Of a stretch of DNA of 51,553 nt, positions 10,522-20,591 are shown in pieces. The first letter of the stretch is position 1. Each line of letters begins with the position of its first letter. The notes beneath the pieces were generated by a model, which saw nothing but the letters and a program-made list of their open reading frames with translations, was not told where the DNA came from and made no database searches. Made by a program: the position numbers and the translations under genes. Where the stretch lies: NCBI GenBank assembly GCA_963790795.1, contig CAWBPO010000002.1, positions 1 through 51,553 on the forward strand, written 5' to 3'. This DNA is from an uncultured bacterium. GTDB taxonomy: Bacteria; Patescibacteriota; Minisyncoccia; Minisyncoccales; RBG-13-42-11.

Positions 10522-12738
10522 ATGAAGTCAGTGACAAAAATACTGCTGTTTTTCGTAATAATCATTACTCCTTTTTTAAAAGTAGACTCTCTTTACTTTC
10601 CCTACGTTTCAGGGAAAATATATGTTTTCCGGCTTTTGGTAATACTCGCTTTTTTCTTCTGGATTTGGCTGATGCTGAAAGAAAGGGAATGTCCCTCGAC
10701 TTCTCTCGGGGCAAGCAGCCCAAATTTTAAAAACATTTTGGTAATTGCTTTGGTTTTGTTTTTTTTAGCCCAGGTTTTGGTTTCTTTTTTTAGTGTTGAC
10801 ACTGCATATTCTTTTTTTTCCAGTATTGAAAGGGGAGAAGGAGTTTTACAGTACGGCTTCTGGCTTTTATATTTTTTAATGCTCATTTCCGTTTTAAAAA
10901 GAAGCCAAGATTGGAAAATGCTTTTTTCGATTTTTGTGATTGTCGCTTTTTTGGTTTCTTGCTATTCCTGGCTGAATCTTAGCAGCCAGGGCCAGTTGCA
11001 GGGAATTTTCGGCAATCCCGCTTATTTTGCCTCTTTTTTGCTTTTTGCTATCGGTTTTGCTTTGTTAGCGGTTGAAAGAAAGTTTTTTGAAAGCCGTCTT
11101 ATCAATAATTTGTTTATTACGGTAGCTGGCTTTTTTGTTCTTACTTTAGTTTTTACTCAGATTCGGGGAGCTTATGCCGGACTGGCGGCCGGTGTCTTTC
11201 TTTTTTGCCTTTTATCTGTTTTGTTTTTAAGAAAAGAAAACAAAAAAGCGGCTGTTTTTTGCGGCATTTTGCTGTTAGTGGGTTTTGGCTCAATCGCTTT
11301 GCTTTTTTCCGCTAGAGAGAGCAATTTCGTTAAAAGCACTCCTCTTTTATCAAGGGTAACTGAGGTAACTAATATCTGGGAAACAGGTTCTACCAGAGAG
11401 CGTCTTTTAACCTGGGAAATCGCTTTGAAAGCTTTTAAGGAAAAGCCGATTTTCGGGTACGGTCCTGAGAACTTTGGAGTTGTTTCTAATAAATATTACG
11501 ATTACCGGATAGGCAGGGGAGAAGCCTGGTTTGACAGGGCGCACAACAATGTTTTTGAGATTCTGGCAACAGGCGGCATTATTCTTTTTTCTTTTTATCT
11601 TTTCTGGCTGGCTGCTGCAGCTTTTCTTATTTTTAAAATATATAAAGAGAAAAAACTTCTTTCTTTTCTTTTGGCTTCCCTGTTCTTGGCGTATTTTACG
11701 CAAGGGCTTTTTCTTTTTGACGTTTTTGCCTCGTATCTCGGCCTTTTTCCGTTTCTGGCGTTTTTGGTTTTTAAATGCAGTTCTTCAAAAGAAGATTTTT
11801 CAGAAAGAAGCAATTTAAAAAGAAATCCTCCTTTGTTTATTTTGATTCTTGCCGGTATTTTTTCTTTTTTCGTCGTTTTTACCTCTTGTTTTTTGCCTTA
11901 CAAAGCCAATGCTGCGCTTTTAAACTTTTGTAATTCTACGGAAAACGGCTTTTACAAGGAAGCTGAGCTATTTTTGGAAGAATCTTTCAAAGTACAGTCG
12001 CCATATACTTTTTGGGAAACAAGAAAAAGGGCTGGCTGGCAATTTTTAAAAATTCTTGATTACGAGGTGGATGAGAATACAACTTCCGGAGACCTTCAGA
12101 CAGTCAAAGACATTTATGATTTTATTGTTCCTGAACTTGAAGGGCTTGCTCAAAATCGGCCTTCTGAACAGCAGACATATTATCTTTTAGGCAGGATTTA
12201 CCGTTTGGGTTCTGAGAAATTAGATAGAAATGATTTGGACAAAGCAGTAGATATTCTTGAAAAAGGATTCGCATATTCTGATTTAAGAGTTGATTATTTC
12301 AGTGAATTGGCCCAGGTTTTGCTTTCTCAGGGAAAATTTGAACAAGGCGAAGCATTGGTCAAGGATTATGTTAACAGGACGCATTTTCAGAATTATTTCC
12401 CCTTTTTGACTTTAGGACATTTTTATTTTGTGGCAGGCAAGTACGATTTAGCATTGGAACAATATGAAAAAGCAAGGGAAGTGGGCTATGATTTTTGCGA
12501 GATTGAGGCGGAATACAGCCGCTATATGACCGTGGCTGAACAAATGCAGGAATACCAGAAAATAGTTGACATGGCTAAAAGGCATTTGGAGGAGAAAGGG
12601 CCAGATTCAGATACATATTTTAATATTGCTGTTGGCTATTTCAATCTTGAAGAAAAAGAAAAGGCAAAAGAATTCTTTTTGAAAGCTTTGGAACTTGATG
12701 CGCAGTACGAGTCATACCGGACAATTTTCATTTATTAA
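10522..12738 (+). CDS. O-antigen ligase/O-oligosaccharyltransferase (Wzy_C) family protein with C-terminal TPRs, paralog 1
   Basis: Many TM helices, GIFGNPAYFA, TQIRGA, RLLTW...PIFGYGPENF, FDRAHN; TPR tail. Confidence 0.88.
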   Translation: MKSVTKILLFFVIIITPFLKVDSLYFPYVSGKIYVFRLLVILAFFFWIWLMLKERECPSTSLGASSPNFKNILVIALVLFFLAQVLVSFFSVDTAYSFFSSIERGEGVLQYGFWLLYFLMLISVLKRSQDWKMLFSIFVIVAFLVSCYSWLNLSSQGQLQGIFGNPAYFASFLLFAIGFALLAVERKFFESRLINNLFITVAGFFVLTLVFTQIRGAYAGLAAGVFLFCLLSVLFLRKENKKAAVFCGILLLVGFGSIALLFSARESNFVKSTPLLSRVTEVTNIWETGSTRERLLTWEIALKAFKEKPIFGYGPENFGVVSNKYYDYRIGRGEAWFDRAHNNVFEILATGGIILFSFYLFWLAAAAFLIFKIYKEKKLLSFLLASLFLAYFTQGLFLFDVFASYLGLFPFLAFLVFKCSSSKEDFSERSNLKRNPPLFILILAGIFSFFVVFTSCFLPYKANAALLNFCNSTENGFYKEAELFLEESFKVQSPYTFWETRKRAGWQFLKILDYEVDENTTSGDLQTVKDIYDFIVPELEGLAQNRPSEQQTYYLLGRIYRLGSEKLDRNDLDKAVDILEKGFAYSDLRVDYFSELAQVLLSQGKFEQGEALVKDYVNRTHFQNYFPFLTLGHFYFVAGKYDLALEQYEKAREVGYDFCEIEAEYSRYMTVAEQMQEYQKIVDMAKRHLEEKGPDSDTYFNIAVGYFNLEEKEKAKEFFLKALELDAQYESYRTIFIY
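10693..10716 (+). repeat. CCCTCGAC-N4-CTCGGG palindromic element, in frame (PSTSLGAS)
   Basis: ccctcgacttctctcggggcaagc, a GC-rich islet in a loop between TM helices. Confidence 0.65.
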
Positions 12739-12800
12739 CGATTTTTTCTGCTAACCTGGTTTTCAAAATTCTATAATTTGATAATATATATATTGAGCTA

Positions 12801-14498
12801 ATGAAAAGCATTTTTAAGGCAAATTTTTTATTTCTCTTTCTTTCTTTTTTAATTTTGGGAAGCGCTTTTGCTGTTGGAGTAAACGCCCAGTCAGAAACAA
12901 AGTCTTTCTACGTTGAAAGCTCATATGATTTGTACGCCAGAAAAAGTGTTGAAACGGTTTTGGTGCGCACTTCCGACAATCTCTATTTCTACGTTGAAAA
13001 GCCTTGGTGGGATAATCGTTCTTCGGCAGAGCAGAACGACATCAGAGTTTCCTTATATAATCTGGGAGAAGAATTCAAAAATAAGATTTATCCTATTTTA
13101 ACTTCCAATTTCGGCTCTGAATGGAGTCCAGGAATTGACAATGACAGCAGAATCACGGTTTTGATTCATGAAATGGAAAGAGGCGTGGGAGGATATTTCC
13201 GCAACCACGATGAATACTACAAGCCCCAGATATACAGCTCAAACGAGGCAGAAATGCTGTATCTTAATTCCCAGTTTATTACCGCTTCCTTTGCCAAGAG
13301 CTTTTTGGCGCACGAATTCGTCCATTTGATAACTTTCAACCAGAAAGACAGGTTGAGGAACGTTATAGAGGACGTCTGGCTCAATGAACTAAGGGCAGAG
13401 TATGCTCCCACTCTTTTGGGATATGATGATATTTACGAAGGGTCCAATCTTCAAAAAAGAGTAAATACTTTCTTAAACAATCCCTCTATTTCTCTGATTG
13501 AGCGGCAGAATGAGGTTGAAAGCTATGGAGTTTTGAACGTTTTCGTCCAGTATTTGATTGACCATTATGGATTTAAAGTCCTACAGGATTCTCTTTTTTC
13601 TTCAAAAGTGGGCATTGAATCGATAAATTACGCTCTGCAAAGAAACGGCTTTCAGAAGGATTTTTCCCAGATTTTCAGCGACTGGTCGGTAACTGTTTTG
13701 GTCAATGACTGCTCTTTGGGAAGTAGCTATTGTTATAAAAACAGCAATTTGAAGAATTTCAGGATTACTCCAGAAACCAACTTTATTCCGACAACTGCCG
13801 AAAGCACCTTGATCACTTACAACCAGATTAAGGATTGGTCAGCCAAGTGGCAAAGAATATTCGGTGGCAAAGGAAGCTTAACTTTGAATTTCAGCGGAGG
13901 CGTAGGAATCAATTTTAAAATTCCTTACGTTGTTTGTGATTTTGACAACAAATGCTTTGTTAAAATCTTAACTTTGGATAAAGACGGGAATGGGCAGATA
14001 TTGATTTCCGATTTCAGCTCAAAGTACTTTTCCCTGACTTTGGTGCCCTCTGTCCAGCAAAGGCAGTCAGAGTTTACGGGTAACGGATCTTATTATCCTT
14101 TTTCTTTGGAAATAAAAACAAGGGAAGTGTCAGGCGATGGAGATGCTTTGATTCAGAGCCTTCTTGACAAGATAGCTTATTTGCAAGCTGAGATTGCCAG
14201 GGTGCAATCAGCCATTAACGCTTTTTTGGCTTCGCAAGGCAAGGAACAAATGAATTTTTCTTCTTGCAAGAATTTTGGAAACGATCTTTACTACGGAATG
14301 AAAAACAGCCAGGAAGTTTCCTGCTTGCAGCAATTTTTGAAATCCAAGGGTTCCGATATTTATCCTGAAGGATTGGTGACTGGAAACTTTCTTTCTTTGA
14401 CTTTTACCGCTGTTCAAAGATACCAGGCAAATAAAGGAATAATCCAGACAGGCTATTTTGGTCCTTTAACCAGGGCAGCCGCTAACAGCGAATTATGA
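12801..14498 (+). CDS. Secreted zinc metallopeptidase (M30-like) with C-terminal coiled coil and PG-binding-like domain
   Basis: GGYF, AHEFVHLI, WLNE; CLQQFL...GYFGPLTRAAAN. Confidence 0.8.
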   Translation: MKSIFKANFLFLFLSFLILGSAFAVGVNAQSETKSFYVESSYDLYARKSVETVLVRTSDNLYFYVEKPWWDNRSSAEQNDIRVSLYNLGEEFKNKIYPILTSNFGSEWSPGIDNDSRITVLIHEMERGVGGYFRNHDEYYKPQIYSSNEAEMLYLNSQFITASFAKSFLAHEFVHLITFNQKDRLRNVIEDVWLNELRAEYAPTLLGYDDIYEGSNLQKRVNTFLNNPSISLIERQNEVESYGVLNVFVQYLIDHYGFKVLQDSLFSSKVGIESINYALQRNGFQKDFSQIFSDWSVTVLVNDCSLGSSYCYKNSNLKNFRITPETNFIPTTAESTLITYNQIKDWSAKWQRIFGGKGSLTLNFSGGVGINFKIPYVVCDFDNKCFVKILTLDKDGNGQILISDFSSKYFSLTLVPSVQQRQSEFTGNGSYYPFSLEIKTREVSGDGDALIQSLLDKIAYLQAEIARVQSAINAFLASQGKEQMNFSSCKNFGNDLYYGMKNSQEVSCLQQFLKSKGSDIYPEGLVTGNFLSLTFTAVQRYQANKGIIQTGYFGPLTRAAANSEL

Positions 14499-14502
14499 GT
14501 GC

Positions 14503-14590
14503 TTGACAATAATTTTTATGCTACAATGAATAAATGAGTTTTCCACAGGCAAAATTGTATTTACCTGTGGTATAATTTGCTATATAATAA
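14503..14590 (+). promoter_or_regulatory. Promoter region with DnaA-box-like site and CCACAGG/CCTGTGG inverted repeat
   Basis: TTGACA 14504, TTTTCCACA 14539-14547, TGG-TATAAT at ~14568-14576. Confidence 0.5.
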
Positions 14591-14716
14591 ATTAATCAAA
14601 AAATTGTCGAATAAATACATACATATAATAAATTAATTAACTTTTAAAGCCGCAGAATTATTTTTGCTTGCGGTCGATTTCAAGTAAAAATCAATCTTCG
14701 CGGCGAAAAAAAACAT

Positions 14717-17700
14717 ATGAATACAATAAAAAAATTAAGCAAATTTAACAAAATTTTTATTTTTCTATCTGTCGTTACGGTTTTAAGTGTCGCAGCTTGG
14801 TATGTTTTGGCAGACGCAGTTACTGAGTTTATCACCCAGCCGATAGAATCAACCTCAGCCAATGTGACGGTTAAGGCTGGCAGCGACTGGCAGAATATGA
14901 TTTATTTTTCTGCCCAAGCGAGCAGTACAGATGATTATTTGGAGCAAGTTCAGTTCACGATTAATTGGGGTGGCGGCACTTTTAACGGCGATGAAATTAA
15001 TTCAATCGCTCTTTACAGAAGTGATGATGACGCAATGGATCCTTCGGAGGATACATTGGTTGCTTCAAAAGGCGCAGGTTCAATAAACTATGGTTCCTTA
15101 ACCACTTTTTCTTGGTCTGCAACGGGAACAAACAATATTTTCCCGGCCATTTCTACAGAATACTGGTTTTATTTAGTTTTCAAAACTGACAGCAGTTCTT
15201 GGAGCGATAACGGAGTTGGTGCTGACGACCAATTTACAGTAAGTATGGCAGTAGGCGATGTAATAATAAGAGAAGCAACTACTCCGGTAGATATTACTTC
15301 TACAGGAACTCCCACAACCGATAATTTTATTGCTGATAACACTGCGCCAACAGTTGATGATTTTGCAGTAGAAACAAACCCTATCTGTGACAGTACTACT
15401 ACCCAAGAAGTGGTTGTTACTTTCAGCGAAGAAATGGATAGTACAGCTACGCCGACTATCGCTTTTGCCACTACTACTGGCTTTTGGACAAGCAATGATG
15501 ACGGCGCCTGGAACGTTGGTACGACCACCTGGACAGAGACCTTTACTTTGGATGATCAAAACGAAGAAGTAACAGGCGTCTCTGTACTTATTTCCGACGG
15601 TGTAGACGTAGCTGGCAACTCGCAAGGGGGAACCCATGAAGTAGCACCCGCCTTTGACGTAGACACCGAAAATCCGACAGCTGTGGAGGTTATTGCACAA
15701 ATTCCTACGATATTTGAAAGTCAATTAACTCAAACCGTGCAAGTCGTATACGACGAATCAATGGATACCGGCACTACTCCGGTAATCACTCTGACTGGAA
15801 CTAATTGGGAAGCCCAGACCAATGTAGGTTGGTCAACAAGCACTGCTCCCGGAGATACCTTTACTGCCACCTTTACTCATGACGGCGATGAAGAAACGAT
15901 AGCTGCGGAAACCGCCACAGTAGCCAATGCCAGTGGCGCGACAGACTTGGCAGGCAATGATGAAATAGGAGACACTTCAGACCCGTTTGTAGTTGATACT
16001 GGAAAGCCGACAGTAACCGGCGTTACGCCGACTACTTTAAACCGGAATGAGGTTGGGCCAGCAGTTACTTTCACAATCACTTTTGATGAAGATATGGATC
16101 AGACTAGCGTCATTGTGGCAACTGTTGAAGGATTAACTGCTTCCTCCTCGATTCCTGTTGCGGGAGATTGGACGTCAACTACAACTTGGGGAGGAACATT
16201 CGCTTTATATGATGATGATGAGGAAGTTGATGACGCTTTCTACGCCATTGCCGGAGCCCAAGATGTAGCAGGTAATGTTATAGCACCTTTAGTTGTCAGA
16301 GGAGCAAACAATCCTCTTGACGTTGATACGCTTGAACCAACCGTTACTAATGTCGCAGTGGGTACAGCCATTATTTATGATACTGATTTAACCCAAGAAG
16401 TTACTCTTACTTTCTTAGAAGCTATGGATGTAGGGATTGACCCAACCATAGTATTTAGTAATGGCACCTGGACAAGCGCAGGAGCCGGAGTTTGGGCAAG
16501 TAGTACTGAATATTCTGAAAGTTTTGACCTAACGGATAACGGAGAGACGTTTACAGATGTTGATATTATAGTAAGCGAAGCCGAAGATTTGGCCGGGAAT
16601 GCAATGTTTGAAGATGATTCAACTGGCGCAGACGCCTTTAATATTGACACCCAGAATCCGACAGCCACAGTTAATGTAGGCGTTCCTACGATATTTGAAA
16701 GTTCATTAACTCAGACCGTAATCGTGGTCTATGATGAAGAGATGGACCCAACTGCTACCCCGACTATTACTGTTGACGGCGGAGTTGCTTGGGGGCCTCA
16801 AGTTGAAGTCGGTTGGTCAGCAACCAACACCACTTATACAGCTACTTTCTTGCACCCTGGAGATGAAGAAGAGATAGCCGTAGCCACAGCCACTGTTTCT
16901 TCAACTAGCGGAGCCAAAGACTTAGCCGGCAACACTGATATTGGCAATACTGCCAATTTCGAAATAGATACTCAGAAACCCACAGGTACCGTTGCTGTTG
17001 ATACTGACCCAGTATATGATACTGATTTAATTCAGATAGTTACTATTACCTATGATGAAGAGATGGATGGAGCGTCTACTCCAGTTATTACCTTTGATGG
17101 AAACACTGGTGCCATTGCCACTGCAGGTGATGGTGCTTGGGACGCTGGTACAACCACCTGGACAGAAACATTCAATGTTACTGATGCTGAAGAAGAAACA
17201 CCAGCTGTTACTGCCAGCAGCACAGGAGCTGCTATAGATGCAGCAGGCAATGCTGAAGGAGAGTGTGTTTCAACTACTTTTGAAATAGATACGATAGCTC
17301 CGACAATCACCGATGTAAACTCAGATAAAGCTGACGACGATTACACAATAGGAGAAGTTATTGACATTGATGTTACTTTTTCTGAGAATGTCACCTCCGC
17401 GGAAATTACAGTCACTTTAGATACAGGCGGAAGCTGTATTACTACAGCTGCAGCAACTGACACTGTTACCTGCGATTATACGGTGGGTGAGGGAGAAAAT
17501 TCAGCTGATTTGGATGTTGCGAACATTGCCGGCGTCATAGCTGATGCTGCAGGTAACTTGGTGATTGATTTTGTCCCGGCAACTAATTTAATCGCTAACA
17601 AAGACATTGTTATTGACACTACTGCTCCGGCAGTTGATGCAGGAGAAAGCCCGGGCACAGTATACGCAGAATTTAACCAAGACGCCACAGCTTCAGACGA

Positions 17701-19021
17701 CGGTTCGGGTATTGCCACTTACGCTTGGACTAAAGTAAGCGGTCCTTATGGCGTAACTTTTACTACGGCTGATATAGAAGATCCTGATGTATCTGCAGCT
17801 GGCCCTGGTGCTTATGAGATAATGTTAACTGTGACTGATAATACCGGAAATAGTGCCACTGATACAGTTGCCTTTACTTGGAGCTGGCTTAATGTTCCCA
17901 TTTGGGCTTATAGTCCACTTGGTTCTGGTGTTGCCATAGCAGATGGAACAGCCACTATTACTTTTGGAGATTCGGAAGATTCAACCACAACTATTACTTT
18001 ATTGGACGCTAACAAAGTTAATTTGGTTGATAATGCCAGTGGTATTTCTATGAAAACTGGAGTAGAAGTTCGTGATGGCGATGGTAATTCCAAATACCTT
18101 GATATTTCTTACTCTGGTTTGGAAGCTGATAAAACCTATAGAATTAATATTCTATCTGGGGCTGTTAAAAATGATGTTGGTAACATCAATTCCGATGACA
18201 TATCCTATTTCAGTACGGGAAATGGCGACATAACTCCTCCGGAAGTTGAGGATGTTTATCCTGCTGATGGAGCTGAAGACGTGAATGTTTTTTATGCTCC
18301 AATCCAAATATTCTTTAATGAGGGAATGGATGTCACTACCATTATTAATGACAACATTAAACTTTATAACGATGCTGACGAAGAAATTGTCTTGGACCCT
18401 GACTATGGTGTAACTGCTTTGTCTGGAATAGCTTTTGGCGGAGTATATAAAACCTATGTTGAAATTGTTCCCGCCACTATATTGGATGCCAGCACTACTT
18501 ATTATGTAACCATTTCTACCGATGTTACTGATTTGGCAGGAAATCCTTTTGACGGCTGGATAAAAGGTAATTATTCATTCACTACCGCAGAAACACCGAC
18601 AGGAGAATTGAATATTGATAATGTGAGAATTAATCCTTTAAGAACCTATGCCCTTGCAACCGATGATTATGACGATGGCTGGGAATGGTGGATTTCTTTG
18701 ACTATTCCGACTGACGAGCCGCTTGTTCAACTGAAATTCAGCGACTTTTTCGGCCCTTCAGACCAGATTGCTGCTGCAGACAACATAAGATACTTTTCCG
18801 AACGATCAACAGACGTTAACAGTACAACCACAGCGATAACTGTTGAAGGAGCTAATGATTATGGAGAGGATTCTATGACTTTTGACGTAGACAGTGACAC
18901 TCAGCTGGGCATGGACGGGTGGCAGATAGTAGTTACAGTTCAGGTTAAAGTGCCCACGACAGCAGATGGCGGCGCATATTCAGCTCAGTTCTCTGTTCAA
19001 TCGTCTGAGGAGGAATTGTAA
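14717..19021 (+). CDS. Large acidic surface protein/adhesin with tandem bacterial Ig-like repeats
   Basis: Signal peptide; ~110-aa repeats with TF.E.MD and DxAGN; C-terminal Big_5-like units (DVYPADGAEDV...FNEGMD). Confidence 0.85.
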   Translation: MNTIKKLSKFNKIFIFLSVVTVLSVAAWYVLADAVTEFITQPIESTSANVTVKAGSDWQNMIYFSAQASSTDDYLEQVQFTINWGGGTFNGDEINSIALYRSDDDAMDPSEDTLVASKGAGSINYGSLTTFSWSATGTNNIFPAISTEYWFYLVFKTDSSSWSDNGVGADDQFTVSMAVGDVIIREATTPVDITSTGTPTTDNFIADNTAPTVDDFAVETNPICDSTTTQEVVVTFSEEMDSTATPTIAFATTTGFWTSNDDGAWNVGTTTWTETFTLDDQNEEVTGVSVLISDGVDVAGNSQGGTHEVAPAFDVDTENPTAVEVIAQIPTIFESQLTQTVQVVYDESMDTGTTPVITLTGTNWEAQTNVGWSTSTAPGDTFTATFTHDGDEETIAAETATVANASGATDLAGNDEIGDTSDPFVVDTGKPTVTGVTPTTLNRNEVGPAVTFTITFDEDMDQTSVIVATVEGLTASSSIPVAGDWTSTTTWGGTFALYDDDEEVDDAFYAIAGAQDVAGNVIAPLVVRGANNPLDVDTLEPTVTNVAVGTAIIYDTDLTQEVTLTFLEAMDVGIDPTIVFSNGTWTSAGAGVWASSTEYSESFDLTDNGETFTDVDIIVSEAEDLAGNAMFEDDSTGADAFNIDTQNPTATVNVGVPTIFESSLTQTVIVVYDEEMDPTATPTITVDGGVAWGPQVEVGWSATNTTYTATFLHPGDEEEIAVATATVSSTSGAKDLAGNTDIGNTANFEIDTQKPTGTVAVDTDPVYDTDLIQIVTITYDEEMDGASTPVITFDGNTGAIATAGDGAWDAGTTTWTETFNVTDAEEETPAVTASSTGAAIDAAGNAEGECVSTTFEIDTIAPTITDVNSDKADDDYTIGEVIDIDVTFSENVTSAEITVTLDTGGSCITTAAATDTVTCDYTVGEGENSADLDVANIAGVIADAAGNLVIDFVPATNLIANKDIVIDTTAPAVDAGESPGTVYAEFNQDATASDDGSGIATYAWTKVSGPYGVTFTTADIEDPDVSAAGPGAYEIMLTVTDNTGNSATDTVAFTWSWLNVPIWAYSPLGSGVAIADGTATITFGDSEDSTTTITLLDANKVNLVDNASGISMKTGVEVRDGDGNSKYLDISYSGLEADKTYRINILSGAVKNDVGNINSDDISYFSTGNGDITPPEVEDVYPADGAEDVNVFYAPIQIFFNEGMDVTTIINDNIKLYNDADEEIVLDPDYGVTALSGIAFGGVYKTYVEIVPATILDASTTYYVTISTDVTDLAGNPFDGWIKGNYSFTTAETPTGELNIDNVRINPLRTYALATDDYDDGWEWWISLTIPTDEPLVQLKFSDFFGPSDQIAAADNIRYFSERSTDVNSTTTAITVEGANDYGEDSMTFDVDSDTQLGMDGWQIVVTVQVKVPTTADGGAYSAQFSVQSSEEEL

Positions 19022-19043
19022 GATGTTTTGAATTTTCTATGGG

Positions 19044-19071
19044 AAAGCGAGGATAATTCTGTCCTCGCTTT
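19044..19071 (+). terminator. Hairpin/terminator
   Basis: aaagcgagga/tcctcgcttt. Confidence 0.6.
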
Positions 19072-19104
19072 GCCTAAATAATTATTAGTTAAGACAAAAT
19101 AATT

Positions 19105-20415
19105 ATGCCAAAACTTAAATTAAGTATTTTACTTTTTGCGTTCGCGATGTTTTTAACCTTGAGCGGAGTTTTTGCTTCGGAAGAAACTGGCAATTTGGGC
19201 GGCCAGACATTAAACCCCGGATTGCCCCCCGGCACATTAGTGGTCAGTCCTACCGCATCAGTAGCTTCAGGCACATATACTTCATCGCAATCAGTGACTT
19301 TAACAGCGCCCGGTTCAAATTCCATTCGCTACACTTTAACCGGAGCCGCCCCTGCTTGTCCAAACACAGGAACTCCTTATACCGGAGCAATAAGCATTAC
19401 TTCCACTAAAACACTGAAAGCTATTGCCTGCTATGTTTCAGATAACAGTGTTTCTTCAACAGTATCCACCTATAATTACACCATTAGCACTTCTTCTTCT
19501 ACTACTCCTCCTGGCGGCGGAGGGACTGTAACCACTCCGACAATGCCCACAACAACCAATGGCCAGGTAACAGCTACAGCTTCACTCGGAGGAAAGACAA
19601 CTTTGACCAGGTCAGACGGCACCAAAATCACAGTTGAAGTGCCAGCAGGAGCAGTAACATCTGATACTGTTATAAAAGTTGAAGAAGCGGCCACAGGTAC
19701 GATTGTTCTTGGTGCTCCCACTCCGACAGGTCAGACAATAATCAGTGGCTTTACCATTACTGCTACTTCTGGCGGAAATCCTGTAACTAGTTTTTCAAGC
19801 GCCGTTACCATTACTGTTACATATACTGATGCGCAAGTAGCTGGAATTGACGAATCAACTCTAAAGCTTTATCGCTGGAATGGTACACAGTGGGTTGCTT
19901 TAACCTGCACAATTAATACTGCTACCAATACCATTACTGCCACGACCACTTCTTTTTCCAAGTTTGCCGCAATAACCAGCGCTTCAATGACTTCAACGAC
20001 CAAAACACTGGCTGAAATGAGCATTACGGAGCTTCAGGCTGAGATTGCCAGAATTACTGCCTTAATTGTCCAATTACAGGCTCAAATAGCCCAAATCCAG
20101 GGCGGAGGGGCGGTTTCTTCTTCGCTTTGCGCTGGTATATCCTTTAGCAGGAATTTATCTGAAGGCATGATAGGAGATGATGTCAAATGCCTGCAGTCAA
20201 TCTTAAACCAGTCATTGGACACCCAGATAGCAGCTTCAGGAGTCGGTTCTCTAGGGCACGAAACCAATTACTTTGGCGTTTTGACCAAAGCAGCAGTGAT
20301 TAAATTCCAGGAAAAATACAAAGCTGAAGTCTTGACCCCGGCAGGTCTTAGCGCTGGAACCGGATTTGTCGGTCCTTCTACCAGAACCAAATTAAATACG
20401 TTATTGGGACAGTAG
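19105..20415 (+). CDS. Secreted protein with FN3-associated/chitobiase-C-like domain and C-terminal coiled coil + PG-binding-like domain
   Basis: SGTYTSSQSVTL...IRYTLTG...YTGAISI..TKTLKAIA; DVKCLQ...YFGVLTKAAVIKFQ...GFVGPSTRTKLN. Confidence 0.82.
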   Translation: MPKLKLSILLFAFAMFLTLSGVFASEETGNLGGQTLNPGLPPGTLVVSPTASVASGTYTSSQSVTLTAPGSNSIRYTLTGAAPACPNTGTPYTGAISITSTKTLKAIACYVSDNSVSSTVSTYNYTISTSSSTTPPGGGGTVTTPTMPTTTNGQVTATASLGGKTTLTRSDGTKITVEVPAGAVTSDTVIKVEEAATGTIVLGAPTPTGQTIISGFTITATSGGNPVTSFSSAVTITVTYTDAQVAGIDESTLKLYRWNGTQWVALTCTINTATNTITATTTSFSKFAAITSASMTSTTKTLAEMSITELQAEIARITALIVQLQAQIAQIQGGGAVSSSLCAGISFSRNLSEGMIGDDVKCLQSILNQSLDTQIAASGVGSLGHETNYFGVLTKAAVIKFQEKYKAEVLTPAGLSAGTGFVGPSTRTKLNTLLGQ

Positions 20416-20438
20416 GAAAACAGAAATTGTTTGAAACG

Positions 20439-20471
20439 AAAAAGCCGGCGAATTATGTTCGCCGGCTTTTT
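20439..20471 (+). terminator. Intrinsic terminator
   Basis: aaaaagccggcgaa/ttcgccggcttttt. Confidence 0.85.
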
Positions 20472-20492
20472 GTTGAGGTTTAACCTCAACAG
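20470..20492. repeat. TGTTGARG-N5-CYTCAACA palindrome, copy 5
   Basis: ttgttgagg-tttaa-cctcaacag-tcta. Confidence 0.8.
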
Positions 20493-20536
20493 TCTACCTC
20501 ATTCCTTTTTTACCAATTTTATGATATAATTAACCT

Positions 20537-20591
20537 AGTCGAAGAAGATTACTTCTTTTCCACCTTCGTCCGCCAGAGGCGGACTCGGCAT
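20537..20591 (+). repeat. Two-hairpin element abutting a start codon, copy A
   Basis: agtcgaagaag-atta-cttctt...cttc-gtccgcc-aga-ggcggac-tc..atATG; homologous to 32917-32973. Confidence 0.7.

Noticed and set aside
14520..14650. Replication origin (DnaA box plus AT-rich ATATAATAAATTAAT repeats)
   Set aside because: Only one good box and no dnaA/dnaN context; better explained as a promoter and leader
15169..18093. Numerous antisense and alternate-frame ORFs in the ORF track (here and across the window)
   Set aside because: They shadow well-supported genes and lack recognisable motifs
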